DNA of 64,000 nucleotides from Myxococcales bacterium UBA1203 (GCA_002309695.1 DBXV01000016.1:180625-244624); one strand, 5' to 3'; shown: positions 39,601-49,544, numbered from the stretch's first letter. Notes: a model not told the origin generated them from the letters alone. Made by a program: numbers and translations.

Positions 39601-40247
39601 GAGGCCGCCTTCTTGGCATCAGCGGGCTTGGACGCCTTCTCCTTGCCCTTGCGAGCTGCGCTGGCGGCAGGCGCCTTCTTCGGTGCCGCTTTCACATCTT
39701 TGGCAGGAGCCGCTTTGGCAGTTTTGGCGCCCTTGGACGCGGCGGGGACAGCGGCTTTTTTGGCCGCCGCAGAATTCTTCGCCGCAGCGCTTTTCACAGC
39801 ACCGGAAGCAGACTTGGCCTTTTGGGCCTGTTCCGCCTTGGGAGCGGCTTTGGCCGCTGACGTCCTGCCTGCCGGTGTTTTGGCCGTCTGAGCCTTCACA
39901 GCCGGTGCCTTGGATGCAGCCGCGCTTTTTCCAGCTTTGGCGGCGGACGCCTTGGATCCCGGCTTGCGGACATCAGCGGCAGCCGAAGTCTTGGCGGCTT
40001 TCGCCGGAAGCTGCTCGCGCGCACCGGATTTTTTCTTCGCGTCAGCAGCTTTGGCGGCCGCTTTCGGAGGAGCTTTCTCCGCCGCCTTTTTCACTGCAGT
40101 CCGACCGCCGGAACTTTTGGCTGTGGTCTTGGCAGAACTTTGGGCGGGGCTTTTGGTCGAGGAACGGGGGGCCTTCGTCTTTTCGTCAATGGAAGCGCTG
40201 GTTGTTTTGCGTGCTTTGTCGTTTTTTTTGTCACTCTGCTTGGCCAT
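36669..40247 (-). CDS. rpoD: Primary sigma factor RpoD (1192 aa) with very long Lys/Ala-rich plus acidic N-terminal extension
   Basis: Region 1.1 [10 protein letters not shown], 1.2 [11 protein letters not shown], 2 [26 protein letters not shown], 4 [20 protein letters not shown]; AAGGAG SD before ATG 40247; follows dnaG. Confidence 0.95.
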   Translation of the reverse strand: MAKQSDKKNDKARKTTSASIDEKTKAPRSSTKSPAQSSAKTTAKSSGGRTAVKKAAEKAPPKAAAKAADAKKKSGAREQLPAKAAKTSAAADVRKPGSKASAAKAGKSAAASKAPAVKAQTAKTPAGRTSAAKAAPKAEQAQKAKSASGAVKSAAAKNSAAAKKAAVPAASKGAKTAKAAPAKDVKAAPKKAPAASAARKGKEKASKPADAKKAASKAAGKNADSGNAKKAAAKNAAEKAKAAKSVKTSKSATPKAAEKSSKSTKPSKAIKSSKAEAKPAAAKTKTAAKTGKSANEAAAKTKKDEKKKSAASLKSVPAVKKDKAAKDKASSQKKAVKASGAAAAGKVAPAVKGTAKTKAAAAKAAASKKNQEAKAASKSKPEKKPAAAKAAAAKASKKAETKKSAEAAKTSKNVKAAKAVKNVKSSKTDKAAAATSSAKSAPAAGKSASGKGKTVTTAAENKKSPKALPTVEDFDEDDEERDEFDETDEFDDEDEEDLEPDDASAAELDKIENEANEAEKGGSGDSIDVTGMEDIPPMDDDVDGGDGLEGTEFEADVTKRHHTDADDEFGNAEENSFGDLGEEESDPEDMSGEDGDMDEGGSELRNRKEVKVLIAIGSQKGFLTYEEINDGLPQDIVETERIEEVLTILSEENIKVIDANKKDQQQPTVIEEPKSDEEDKEDEDYEPRVTSSDPVRVYLRKMGSIPLLDRDGEVAIAKKIEEGEREILKALLGSPVAIREILALEEGLKQGTVRLRDIIKDAPDEQTPSDDAMMSISNENESARAEKILEILAQFRERDAVCRQIVAKSPSGKLKEKDQQRLSEVKEEMMDLLEKMRISPRQIEHVGQVLKQQIESLDKAEKMRKACLSLLNMNLYDYKRTLRELGQNEQRIQAFCNKHGITLNQFQDIEREVRSADKTIKRVQSETGLRRDQLQKSYEEILEGERHTEWAKSELVNANLRLVVSIAKKYTRRGLQFLDLIQEGNIGLMKAVDKFEWERGYKFSTYATWWIRQAITRAIADQARTIRIPVHMIETINKIIRTNRLLLQEYGREPTPEEIAAKMEMPIDKVRKVLKISKEPVSLETPIGEEEDSHLGDFIEDKAVVSPADAVINMNLAEQTRKVLATLTPREEKVLRMRFGIGEKSDHTLEEVGQDFEVTRERIRQIEAKALRKLRHPSRSKKLKDFYGGGGS

Positions 40248-40309
40248 CAAATGACTCCTTCGCTGAGATGGTGGCGCCCCATACATAAGAAGGGGGGGAA
40301 GGGAAGTTT

Positions 40310-42097
40310 TCAGGACTTCTTCGCCTGGAGCTTCAGTCGCAGTTCATTGAGCCGCCGGTGCTCATCCTGAAGTTCCTCGATGTCCTCATCGGCGGCATTG
40401 GCATCGATGCTTTGGAGCAGGCGGGCCTTGGTGTCTGACAGCAGGGCCTCGACGCGCTGGAGGCGAATTCTGCGCGACGTGTCCCGCAGCGCTTTCAGCC
40501 GGTCATCGAGACCGGGAAGCGTCGTCCTGATTTCATCGATGCGCCTGGAGACCGATTGCCGCGTGGCTTCATCGAGACCGGCGAGCGCTTCTTCCGAAGG
40601 CGCGCCGCCCTGAACCAGCAGCCTGAGCGCAATGTTTTCGACCTCTTCGATAGCCTGCGCCTCCGGCTCTTTGGCCAGAGACGGCTCTGCCAGAATGAGG
40701 GCGGCAAAAAGTTCTTCCTGAGGGTTCAGGCGCTGCCCCGGCTGCGCTCTGCCGTTCTGCGTACCGAAGTTCTCTCTGTGCTCGGCCGCTGGCCGCAGCT
40801 TCGAAGGCGATTCCCTGAGATAGGCCCTCAGCTCAAGTTCCGGCACACCGAGATGCGCGGCGATTTCACCAATGAAGAGCGTCTTGGCCATGCCGGGGGG
40901 AATCTCGTCCAGCGTCCTGCGGAGGCGCCCGATAGCGCTGACTTTCTCTTCGAGAGATTTGTTCGCGGCATCCGGAATCACTGTTGACAAAAGCCAGCGG
41001 GACAGGAGCGGCGCATCGCTGATGAACTGCGCCAGCGCTTCGGGGCCCGCTTTCAGCGCAAATTCATCCGGGTCCACGCCATCCGGGAGCGCGGCCACGC
41101 GAATGGTTTTTCCCGAGGCGAGCAGTGCGCCCGAGAGGCGCTCCACAGCTCTGAAACCGGCGGCATCTCCATCCAGCAGCATGCACAGCGTTTCCGCCCC
41201 CGCGCGGCCAAGAACCGCGATGTGTCCCTGCGTCAGAGCGGTCGAGCACAGCGCGACCGCGTTGCGGACGCCGGCGCAGCTCAGGCCGATGGCATCGAAA
41301 TATCCCTCGACGATGACGGCCGTTTTGCTTCGCCGGATTTCATCTCTGGCCGCGTCCATGCCGTAGAGCGTCTCGGATTTCCGATAGAGGGGCGATTCCC
41401 GGGAATTCAGATACTTCGGACCGGCGCCGCGCTCATCAGCGGAAGCCATCCTGCGGCCGCCAAAGGCAATCGTCCGTCCCTCAGGCGAGCGAATGGGGAT
41501 GATGAGCCGGTTTCTGAAGGTGTCGTAGTGGCCGGCGCCGCTGCTCCTCTGCGTGACCAGCCCCGCCTGAACGGCCAGCTGAAGCGCGCCGTTTTTCTGG
41601 AAGAAGTCCGTCAGCTCGCTCCAGCTGTCCGGCGCGTAGCCAAGTCCGAATTTGCGTGCGGCCTCTTCGCTGACACCGCGCGCCTTCAGATGTTCACGTC
41701 CGGCCTCGGCCCTGGGATCGTTCCAGAGGCAGTTCTCAAAAATCCGCTGAGCGCTGGAGGTCACTTCCAGAAGGCGCCTGCGCAGCTCGGCAGCGGGGTC
41801 ATGCCGCTCCTCCAGGCTGACGCCCGCTTCTGCCGCCAGCTGGCGCACAGCCTCGACGAAAGAGATGCCCTGAATTTTCTGAACGAAGGTGATGGCGTCA
41901 CCCGCCGCGTCGCAGCCGAAACATTTGAAAAAGCGCCTCTGGGGATTGACGTTGAAGGAACCGGTCTTCTCGGCGTGGAAGGGACAGAGCCCGACAAAGC
42001 TGCCGCCGCTGCGGCGCAGTTTCACGTGGCGCGAGATCAGGGCCACGAGGTCTGTGCGCTCCAAAACCTCTGCGATTTTGTCCGGGGAAATCTGCAT
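40310..42097 (-). CDS. dnaG: DNA primase
   Basis: CPFHAEK..CFGC zinc finger, [24 protein letters not shown] Toprim, DPDE. Confidence 0.97.
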   Translation of the reverse strand: MQISPDKIAEVLERTDLVALISRHVKLRRSGGSFVGLCPFHAEKTGSFNVNPQRRFFKCFGCDAAGDAITFVQKIQGISFVEAVRQLAAEAGVSLEERHDPAAELRRRLLEVTSSAQRIFENCLWNDPRAEAGREHLKARGVSEEAARKFGLGYAPDSWSELTDFFQKNGALQLAVQAGLVTQRSSGAGHYDTFRNRLIIPIRSPEGRTIAFGGRRMASADERGAGPKYLNSRESPLYRKSETLYGMDAARDEIRRSKTAVIVEGYFDAIGLSCAGVRNAVALCSTALTQGHIAVLGRAGAETLCMLLDGDAAGFRAVERLSGALLASGKTIRVAALPDGVDPDEFALKAGPEALAQFISDAPLLSRWLLSTVIPDAANKSLEEKVSAIGRLRRTLDEIPPGMAKTLFIGEIAAHLGVPELELRAYLRESPSKLRPAAEHRENFGTQNGRAQPGQRLNPQEELFAALILAEPSLAKEPEAQAIEEVENIALRLLVQGGAPSEEALAGLDEATRQSVSRRIDEIRTTLPGLDDRLKALRDTSRRIRLQRVEALLSDTKARLLQSIDANAADEDIEELQDEHRRLNELRLKLQAKKS

Positions 42098-42168
42098 GGC
42101 TCTGGTCTCCGGTGAGCGGGCCGGTTTTCAGGACGGAACAGCGTTCCAGTTTCGGGAAGCGGGCGCGT

Positions 42169-42618
42169 TCAGAGCTTTGCGAGCCGGTTTTTGACAGCCG
42201 CGCTGACGGTTTTGCCGTCGGCCCTCGCGCCTGCCTTGGCCAGAACCGCTTTCATCACCGCGCCCATCTGCTTCGCGCTCACCGCTCCCGTTTCCGCGAT
42301 GGCCTCTTCCACCAGCTTGTCCAGCGCCTCGGGCGAGAGCTGTTCCGGCTGATATTTTTCGAGGACGCGCGCTTCCGCTTCCTCGCGGCCTGCCAGGTCT
42401 TCTCTGCCGGCCTGGCGATAGACGCCGATGGATTCGCGGCGCTGCTTCAGCGCCTTCTCCACCAGTTTGATGACTTCATCGTCATCCAGGTCATGGCCGA
42501 CTTCGATTTCGCGGGTCGTGATGGCGGATTTCAGAAGCCTGAGAGCGCTGAGCGCGGCTTCGTCCCGGGACTTCATGGCCGCTTTCAAATCTTCATTGAG
42601 ACGTAATTTCAGAGACAT
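42169..42618 (-). CDS. yqeY: GatB/YqeY domain protein
   Basis: LKAAMKSRD, KQRRESI..YRQAGREDL, MGAVMK, ADGK. Confidence 0.92.
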   Translation of the reverse strand: MSLKLRLNEDLKAAMKSRDEAALSALRLLKSAITTREIEVGHDLDDDEVIKLVEKALKQRRESIGVYRQAGREDLAGREEAEARVLEKYQPEQLSPEALDKLVEEAIAETGAVSAKQMGAVMKAVLAKAGARADGKTVSAAVKNRLAKL

Positions 42619-42812
42619 GGCGCGGTGGCCTCGCTGTGGATGGAGGAAATGCTGTCCCCTCACCCTTAAGCAGTCTCATCTGCTCAGGCCGTCCGCCGGC
42701 GTCGGTAAATTTTTGCGCCGGTGAAGCCGGAAACGCCGCCGGAACGGCCGCACTCAGAGCGCGCCTGACCATGTCCGGTGACGGCTGCGTGAGAGCGAAA
42801 GAGGGACTGCAC

Positions 42813-42850
42813 AAAAAAAAACCGACCCAAAAGAGATTCTTTCGGATCGG
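42813..42850 (-). terminator. rpsU terminator
   Basis: Minus strand CCGATCCGAAAAGA-ATC-TCTTTTGGGTCGG followed by a T-run. Confidence 0.65.
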
Positions 42851-42881
42851 AGTTTTTCCCTGAGAAAGGAAATGCGGCGGA

Positions 42882-43076
42882 TCAGTAAACCTTGCGCATT
42901 TTCTTCACGGCCCGCTTTTTGGCCGCGAGGGCTTTCTTCTTCTTCTTGATGGAAGGCTTCTCGTAGTGCTCGCGCTTGCGAATCTCCGAGAGAATGCCCG
43001 CCTTCTCGCACTGTTTTTTGAATCGCTTGAGGGCGTTTTCAAAGGACTCACCGTCCTTGACTCGTACTCCTGGCAT
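42882..43076 (-). CDS. rpsU: 30S ribosomal protein S21
   Basis: [26 protein letters not shown]; GGAGGTG SD. Confidence 0.97.
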   Translation of the reverse strand: MPGVRVKDGESFENALKRFKKQCEKAGILSEIRKREHYEKPSIKKKKKALAAKKRAVKKMRKVY

Positions 43077-43123
43077 TCGATTCACCTCCCTTCTTTCAGT
43101 ATCAGAAAAAAAAACGACGCGCG

Positions 43124-43152
43124 CCGCTAGCGGGGCGTCCATGGCTTGTCAA
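43124..43152 (-). promoter_or_regulatory. rpsU promoter TTGACA-N17-TAGCGG
   Basis: Perfect -35, 17-nt spacer, GC-rich discriminator. Confidence 0.65.
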
Positions 43153-43197
43153 CCCATAAAAATGAAAAAATCGGCCTCGAAAATCAGCCCCCGAACA

Positions 43198-43893
43198 TCA
43201 GCCGTGAATGCCCTCAGCCAGAAACAGGTCCCCCGATTCCTTCCACAGAACGACAATGATCTGGTCGCCCAGCTGGCCGATGGAGAAGTATTTCGTGTGA
43301 TCAATGGGCCATTCAGAAAGATGCGCGGGCCATTCACCAAAATGTTTGGTCATTTCATCCACAGAAAAAATCTGCACCCGTGACACATTGGCATTCTGAA
43401 GACGCGGATTTTGCGTAATTCTGGCAAATTCTTTGAGCAGATTATCCGCGGAATCAGATTTTCTGTTTTCAAAATAAAGTCCCTCGGGAACGCAGAGCTT
43501 GGGGAGATTGTCCAAATCCTTTGTTTGCAGAAGCGCATAAAAAGCCACGGCGAATTGATGGAGTTTATTCCGTTTCTGCTGTTCCTTCTGCAGACGCATT
43601 GTCTCCTCAGCGCGCTTGGTCAAAGCCGCCAGCTGCTCCTCGCTGATTTCCGTTTTTCCCTGAAAGATATTTTGAATCATTTGCTCAGTCATCTCGGCGT
43701 CGCTGTCGGACGTTCCGGAAAGGATTTCCTGAGGGGTTGGCACAGGCGGATTTGCCTCAGCACCGGGCTGCTGCGCCGCATTTTCAGTCGGCGCCGGAGG
43801 AGGATTGTCCTCGGCCAGGGATGCGCCGGAAAAGCTGAACAGCGAAATAAATGCGGACAGGACCAGAAAACGCTGCGAGCGATATAATGCCAT
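43198..43893 (-). CDS. Secreted hypothetical protein
   Basis: Signal peptide ending SLA, Pro-rich linker, small alpha/beta C-terminal domain. Confidence 0.65.
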   Translation of the reverse strand: MALYRSQRFLVLSAFISLFSFSGASLAEDNPPPAPTENAAQQPGAEANPPVPTPQEILSGTSDSDAEMTEQMIQNIFQGKTEISEEQLAALTKRAEETMRLQKEQQKRNKLHQFAVAFYALLQTKDLDNLPKLCVPEGLYFENRKSDSADNLLKEFARITQNPRLQNANVSRVQIFSVDEMTKHFGEWPAHLSEWPIDHTKYFSIGQLGDQIIVVLWKESGDLFLAEGIHG

Positions 43894-44104
43894 GAGGTTC
43901 AACCAAATCCTTTCTGGGGATTATCTTTTATAAAAATTGCCGGCGTCATTGCCTCCCGATGTTACAAAAAAAGATACAAGACGCGGGTGGCAGACGCCGG
44001 CATGAATCAGTAGGGGCGCGCATCCTCGAAGGATGCTGTTTGTTTTATTAAAGTAGATAACCCGGTTCTGCAATACGCAGATTTTGTAAGGTGATCGGTG
44101 ATTG

Positions 44105-44542
44105 ATGATGAATGAGGAAAATAAGCAGGAAATGTCTCAGGAAGAAAACGCTGCCGATAAATCCGCGCAAAATGCGCCAAATGCGGCGGAAGACGCGGAG
44201 ATGACCCCGGCGGCAGCCGCGCTTTATCCAAAAGTGCTGGAAATTATTGAGGATATTCGCGGAAGCCTTCAGGCGGACGGCGGCGACATTGAGCTCTTAA
44301 CGATTACTCCTGAGCTCAAGGCAAAAGTCCGCCTCGTGGGCGCCTGTTCGGGCTGTCCTCACGCAGCGCTGACGCTGCGCTACGGCGTTGAGCGTTTTTT
44401 GTGTGAGAACATTCCTGAACTGAATGGACTGGAATCGGTGGATCCAATTCCCGGCCTCGATGACTGGGGCGATTTGGATCCCTGGGGGGAAGATGCCGCG
44501 GAGAGCCCTTCTCCCGCGCCTTCTCCTGCGGATGAGCAGTGA
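44105..44542 (+). CDS. NifU-like (Nfu) Fe-S carrier domain protein
   Basis: IRGSLQADGGDIEL, GACSGCP CxxC, TLRYGVE. Confidence 0.88.
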   Translation: MMNEENKQEMSQEENAADKSAQNAPNAAEDAEMTPAAAALYPKVLEIIEDIRGSLQADGGDIELLTITPELKAKVRLVGACSGCPHAALTLRYGVERFLCENIPELNGLESVDPIPGLDDWGDLDPWGEDAAESPSPAPSPADEQ

Positions 44543-44563
44543 CGGCGTCCGCCGAGGGATGAG

Positions 44564-45376
44564 TCACATCGTCCGGCGCAGGCTTCGGCCGCCGTCCGCA
44601 GCGAGGATTTGGCCGGTCAGCGCCGCAGCCGGGTCAATGAGCCCCATGAAGGCGTGAACAATTTCACGCGTTTTTCCCGCGCGGCCGGCAGGAATGTTCG
44701 TCAGCGCGGGCGCGTCGGGCTGCCCGGCTTCCGGTGAGAGCTCCGTCAGGCCGACAGCCAGGGCATTGACCCGAATCATCGGTGCCAGCTCCAGAGCCAG
44801 ACATTGCGTCAGCATCGCCAGTCCGGCTCTGGACGCACAGTAGGCCGCGCCGTTTTTCCAGGGGATGACCCCGCCGCCCACGTCGATGATGTTGACAATG
44901 GTGCCGCGGCCGCGTGTCCGCATCTGACGGATGGCTTCCCGGCAGCAGGCGCCCGGTGCGGCCAGATTCGTCATCGTCAGCTCGTGCAGGCGTTCGTCGG
45001 AGAGTTCGAGGATGGGGCCGCGGATGAAAATGGACGCGGCGTTCACCAGAATCGTGCATCCGTTCATCCGGGCACTGGCCTCGAAGACAGGGGGGATGGA
45101 TGTCAGGTCGGCCAGGTCCGCCTGAACGGCCTCGAAGCGAACGCCGCGCGTCTCAGCGCAGCTGGCCAGATGGCTGAGTCTTTCAGCAGACGCCGCCGCC
45201 GGCCGCCGGTGCACGGCGACAAGATTCGCCCCCGCCCGAATGAGGCTTTCCGCCAGGTGGACGCCGAGTGCTCCGGTGGCGCCCGTGACAACGGCAGTTT
45301 CACCTGCAGCCAGTCTGCTTTGCGTGCTGCCGCTGCGGCCAATGGGACCGTCAAATGTTTTTTCTTGTTTCGACAT
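44564..45376 (-). CDS. Short-chain dehydrogenase (pteridine reductase/FolM-like)
   Basis: VVTGATGALG, LVNAASIF, IVNIID, YCASRAG, IRVNAL, TGQILAADGG. Confidence 0.8.
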   Translation of the reverse strand: MSKQEKTFDGPIGRSGSTQSRLAAGETAVVTGATGALGVHLAESLIRAGANLVAVHRRPAAASAERLSHLASCAETRGVRFEAVQADLADLTSIPPVFEASARMNGCTILVNAASIFIRGPILELSDERLHELTMTNLAAPGACCREAIRQMRTRGRGTIVNIIDVGGGVIPWKNGAAYCASRAGLAMLTQCLALELAPMIRVNALAVGLTELSPEAGQPDAPALTNIPAGRAGKTREIVHAFMGLIDPAAALTGQILAADGGRSLRRTM

Positions 45377-45560
45377 CGGGATGAGACATGAACGGCGCGG
45401 CGGAGAAATGGGCCGAACGAGGGCTGGAATGCCGGGCCGCCAGAGAGGTGGACGCTCCATCGTTCGGGGCGCTCCTGAAAAACACAGGCTTCAGTCAGCC
45501 TAGAACAGGGAAGGATGGAGAACGATGGCGCCGAGCGGCAGTGAAAGAGTTGTGGAGGTC

Positions 45561-45863
45561 ATGGTTGAAAGCATGACCGACGTCCAGGCGAAGCTGCAGA
45601 TCATGAACGATGTCCTGAATGTGATGGACTGGGCGATTGAGAGCGCTCTCGAGGAGCTGGAGGGAAGCGGGAGCATCGCGTCGGGCGAAGAGGGACTGCT
45701 TCAGGAATACAAGAAGGCAATCAAGACGCTGCGCAAGCGCGGCTTCACACGCCCCAGACCCGCGGGCAGCGGCGTGCAGTGCCCCGGCTGCCAGGCGAGG
45801 CTGAAGAATATCTCCGGCAAGCCCGGAGAGCGATGCGACTGGTGCGGCTACGTCTTTTCGTGA
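45561..45863 (+). CDS. Small protein with C-terminal zinc ribbon
   Basis: CPGC...CDWC; GGAGG SD before ATG 45561. Confidence 0.7.
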   Translation: MVESMTDVQAKLQIMNDVLNVMDWAIESALEELEGSGSIASGEEGLLQEYKKAIKTLRKRGFTRPRPAGSGVQCPGCQARLKNISGKPGERCDWCGYVFS

Positions 45864-45944
45864 GCGGTTCATCCGGCGCAGATGCGGCCTGCTGAGCTGT
45901 TTTGCCGGGCATGAAAAAGCTGAAATTTTTGCCCAAAAGTTCAC

Positions 45945-45973
45945 TTGAAAGAGACCGGCAGAGCGACTAACGG
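45945..45973 (+). promoter_or_regulatory. rplC promoter TTGAAA-N17-TAACGG
   Basis: 17-nt spacing, GC-rich discriminator. Confidence 0.5.
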
Positions 45974-46101
45974 GCGCGCGCTTTTCAGCCGGGGCCATAG
46001 GCTGGCAGCCGTCTGAAAGCCCTTGGGGCGGGAATGTCTCCCGCCCTTTTCTTTTGTTTGGGAACCTCTGCGCGTGACGCACGTTCCAAGGAGTCAAAGA
46101 G

Positions 46102-46821
46102 ATGTCTCAAGGAGTTGTGGGAACCAAAGTCGGCATGACCCAGATTTTCGGTGAGGACGGAACTTCCATCCCTGTCACTGTCATCCGGGTGGCCCCCAAT
46201 GTCGTGGTCGGCAAGCGCACTGCTGACAAGAACGGCTACACCGCTGTCATGGTCGGCTACGATCCGGTTCCGGAGCGCAAGCTGAGCAAGGCAGAGGCTG
46301 GGGTGTTCAAAAAGGCCGGCGTCGCCCCTGCCCGCACGCTGAAGGAATTCCGCATTTCTCAGGAAGAGCTGGATGCGCTCAAGGCGGGCGATGAGATCAA
46401 AGCCGATGTGTTCCACAAGGGACAGTTCGTTGATGTCATCGGCACGACCAAGGGCCGCGGCTTTGCGGGCGTTGTCGTTCGCTATGGGATGAAGGGCACG
46501 GCGCGCAACGCTCAGTCCGCTCACGAGTATCACCGCCACATCGGCTCCATCGGTCAGCGCAAGACCCCTGGCCGCATCTGGAAGGGCAAGCACATGCCCG
46601 GTCACCTGGGCGTGGAGCGCGTCACCATTCAGAATCTTCATGTGGTGGACGTCGATCTGGAGAACAACCTCCTGCTCATCCACGGCGCGGTTCCCGGTCA
46701 TCGCGGCAGCCTCGTGACCATACTGCCTGCTGTGAAGCGCAAGGCGGATAAGCCAGTTCTCGGAACCATCATCGCGGATGCCGGCGATGACAAAAAGAAG
46801 AAGAAGCCCGGCAAGAAGTAG
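46102..46821 (+). CDS. rplC: 50S ribosomal protein L3 (stand-alone)
   Basis: GTKVGMTQIF, PVTVI, VDVIGTTKGRGFAG, GSIGQRKTPGR, KGKHMPGHLG, GAVPG. Confidence 0.96.
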   Translation: MSQGVVGTKVGMTQIFGEDGTSIPVTVIRVAPNVVVGKRTADKNGYTAVMVGYDPVPERKLSKAEAGVFKKAGVAPARTLKEFRISQEELDALKAGDEIKADVFHKGQFVDVIGTTKGRGFAGVVVRYGMKGTARNAQSAHEYHRHIGSIGQRKTPGRIWKGKHMPGHLGVERVTIQNLHVVDVDLENNLLLIHGAVPGHRGSLVTILPAVKRKADKPVLGTIIADAGDDKKKKKPGKK

Positions 46822-46857
46822 TTCTCAAAATAGGAGCTGATTCTCCCGGCTGTTCTG

Positions 46858-46893
46858 AAAGGGAGGCGTCTTTGAGAGGCGCCTCCCTTTTTT
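46858..46893 (+). terminator. rplC terminator
   Basis: AAAGGGAGGCG...CGCCTCCCTTTTTT. Confidence 0.8.
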
Positions 46894-47216
46894 ATTGCCG
46901 TTTTATTGCCGTGCCGCCGCCGCTGTGCATCCCGTGAAGTTCAAGGCGGAATTCCGGTAATCCTTTTGAGCTTTGATGTTGTTTTGAGATTGCGCTCCTG
47001 CCCCCCTCAGAATGTCTTAAAATGGCTGAAATTGTGTTCGTATATTTATGCTGAAAAAATAATAGAAAAGTCGGCTGTTCTGAGGTGAAATTCTCAAAAA
47101 TATCTTTTGAACTCCGTTCGTCCGCCACTAAGCTTCGCGCCCATTTTTCGGGAAGTGAACGTCCAGAAATTTACCGGACACATTCCGTTGTTCAAATGAC
47201 ATCCAGAGGCTGACAC

Positions 47217-49511
47217 ATGACATCGAACCCCTTGGCACGCCGTCTTCGTTCACTTGCCGCCGCGATGGCCGTAGGCACGGCGGCCCTGTATTCATCGCAG
47301 GCATCAGCTGTTCAGTATGAAAGTGAAATTGATATTTCCAGCGAGCAGGACCTCTACGACCTGCAGCTGGAAGGCGATATTTCCGAAGAGACACTGGAGA
47401 CGCTGCTGGCGATGTTCCAGTCGGGCATCGATTTGAATACGGCGAGCCCTGAGGAAATCTATGAGCTTCCCAACCTGACCTATGAGCACGTCAACGCCAT
47501 CATTGCGTATCGGAAGAGCGCTCATGGCATTGAGAAGCCGGAGTCGCTGGTGGCCGCCGGCGTTCTGGATGAAAAGCTGCTGCTCCAGATTTTGCCATTC
47601 ATCAGCCTGTCGGACGTGAGCAAGGGGAAAAAGAAATACGTCGGCGGCAGCGTCAAATACGGTCTCGCCGCCTCGACGGACGATACCAAGGCGCCGCCGA
47701 TGTATGCTAGGCTGCGGCTGAAAGCGCCCTTCAATATCCAGGGCGGACTGCTTCTGATGACGACCCGAAACATGATTAAGAAGGTCTATTCAGAAGATGA
47801 CTTGCTGTGGGCTGACCGGCCTGGCTACTCGCTACATGTGCCGAAGTATTATGTTCAGTGGAAGAACTCGAATTTTAAGGTCATTGCAGGCACATACCGG
47901 ATTGGTTTTGGCGAGCGGCTGACACTGGATAATTCCACAAAGTCCAATCCCAATGGATTCTATGCCGACGATGCCTATAATACCCCGCAGGACCTGGCCG
48001 CGGCGTGCAAGGAATCCAAGGGCGATTACAGCGGGACAGAAGAGCTCTGTAATGGTGTTCAGGGGGTTGAGACGGGCGACTACACATGGAGCCATGGTTT
48101 CCGGGGTGTCGCCGCTTCCGGAAAGCTGGAGCTCCCGGATGTAGAGCTCAATGGGACCGTATTTATTTCGTATGAAGATAAGTCCATTTATCAATATGAA
48201 TTGTATGACACGGAAGCCTGCGAGGATCCGCACAGCTCCTCCAAAGATTGCAAGACGCCGCCGATTTATGTGGCTCTGGATGAAAATGACGACCTGTATG
48301 GCAGCGGCATCAAGCACAGCTACAGGACGCTGCCCAGCATGTTCCGGGAGCTGGCGGGCGGCGGCAACGCGACCATCAAAATCGGCCACACAGGTTTTGT
48401 GGGGGTGACGGGCTACGGCGCCAAAAGCACCTTTGATGATTTGAGCCCCTATAAGCTGGACTTTCAGGAGTGGTCGCGCATTCCCTATGGCGGGCCGTAT
48501 GGTGCTATTGGCCTCAATGGCGGTGTTTATCTGAACAAAGTAAGCCTGTTTGCCGAATTTGCCCGGTCGTTTGACTCAATGCCTGACGGGAAGGGCGGCG
48601 GCTACGGCGTGGTTCAGCGGACGGTGTACAATCCCAGCAAAAAGCAGGAGCTGGAACTGACCATCCGTTACTATGACCGGGATTTTGCGAACCCCTATTC
48701 GCGGGCGACGGCGGCCGCAGACGAGTATGACGGCAACCGCGGACGCAATGAGTTCGGCCTGCGGCTTCGTTATTATGGCCGTTTACCTGACTGGGTTTTC
48801 AGTGGGCAGGCCGACTGGTGGATGTGGCCCCACGATGCGCTCACCTATGATAAAGATTTGCCTGAAGGTGAAAGAACAGTTGTCGATAATTCGATGCCCA
48901 AGGGGACGAGCCATCTGAATTTAAAGACGCGCGTTCAGTTTGTCGGTTTTGATCTGGTCCAGCCGTGGCTCTCATTTGAATATCGCAACCGCGACCTTGG
49001 ATTTAATGATAATTCCTATGAAAATTCCAAAGGAGAGCTGGTCGGTTCCTGTTACGATGCCGGTTCGGAATATGTGAAACTGAGCGATGAAGCCGATGCC
49101 AGCGTCAAATGCCGCGGGCAGTTTTATCGGGCGGGAATCGGGACGAAAATTGAGCCCCTCAAGAAGCAACTGTGGTTTGATTTGCGTTACCAGCATGAAT
49201 TCCTGAATGATAAAAAATATGTCGATGAACTGCGGCAGGATGTGATTTTTTCGCTGGGCGCCACCTATAAGCCCATTCCAGAGCTGAACATCCGGGCAAG
49301 ATTCAGGTATCTCTTTGAAGACATCAAAGACAACGAGGCAAAAGAACAGTCCATCTGGGCTTATCTGGCGGTAGGATATAAGCTGATGAAACTTTATACC
49401 TTTAATCTGCGCTACGATTTCTACCATTATCTGGATGACCGCAAGGCGACCATTGAGAAAGACAGCCGCTCGCAGCACAGATTCCGCTTCGATTTTGAAG
49501 CTAAATTCTAA
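47217..49511 (+). CDS. ComEA-like helix-hairpin-helix domain fused to a predicted outer-membrane beta-barrel
   Basis: Signal peptide ending ASA; IDLNTASPEEIYELPNL..VNAIIAYRK (HhH); then ~600 aa of Tyr/Phe-rich amphipathic strands; C-terminal RFRFDFEAKF beta-signal. Confidence 0.8.
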   Translation: MTSNPLARRLRSLAAAMAVGTAALYSSQASAVQYESEIDISSEQDLYDLQLEGDISEETLETLLAMFQSGIDLNTASPEEIYELPNLTYEHVNAIIAYRKSAHGIEKPESLVAAGVLDEKLLLQILPFISLSDVSKGKKKYVGGSVKYGLAASTDDTKAPPMYARLRLKAPFNIQGGLLLMTTRNMIKKVYSEDDLLWADRPGYSLHVPKYYVQWKNSNFKVIAGTYRIGFGERLTLDNSTKSNPNGFYADDAYNTPQDLAAACKESKGDYSGTEELCNGVQGVETGDYTWSHGFRGVAASGKLELPDVELNGTVFISYEDKSIYQYELYDTEACEDPHSSSKDCKTPPIYVALDENDDLYGSGIKHSYRTLPSMFRELAGGGNATIKIGHTGFVGVTGYGAKSTFDDLSPYKLDFQEWSRIPYGGPYGAIGLNGGVYLNKVSLFAEFARSFDSMPDGKGGGYGVVQRTVYNPSKKQELELTIRYYDRDFANPYSRATAAADEYDGNRGRNEFGLRLRYYGRLPDWVFSGQADWWMWPHDALTYDKDLPEGERTVVDNSMPKGTSHLNLKTRVQFVGFDLVQPWLSFEYRNRDLGFNDNSYENSKGELVGSCYDAGSEYVKLSDEADASVKCRGQFYRAGIGTKIEPLKKQLWFDLRYQHEFLNDKKYVDELRQDVIFSLGATYKPIPELNIRARFRYLFEDIKDNEAKEQSIWAYLAVGYKLMKLYTFNLRYDFYHYLDDRKATIEKDSRSQHRFRFDFEAKF

Positions 49512-49544
49512 TTTAAGGAAATGGCGGAGGTTGGAGAGGATAAT

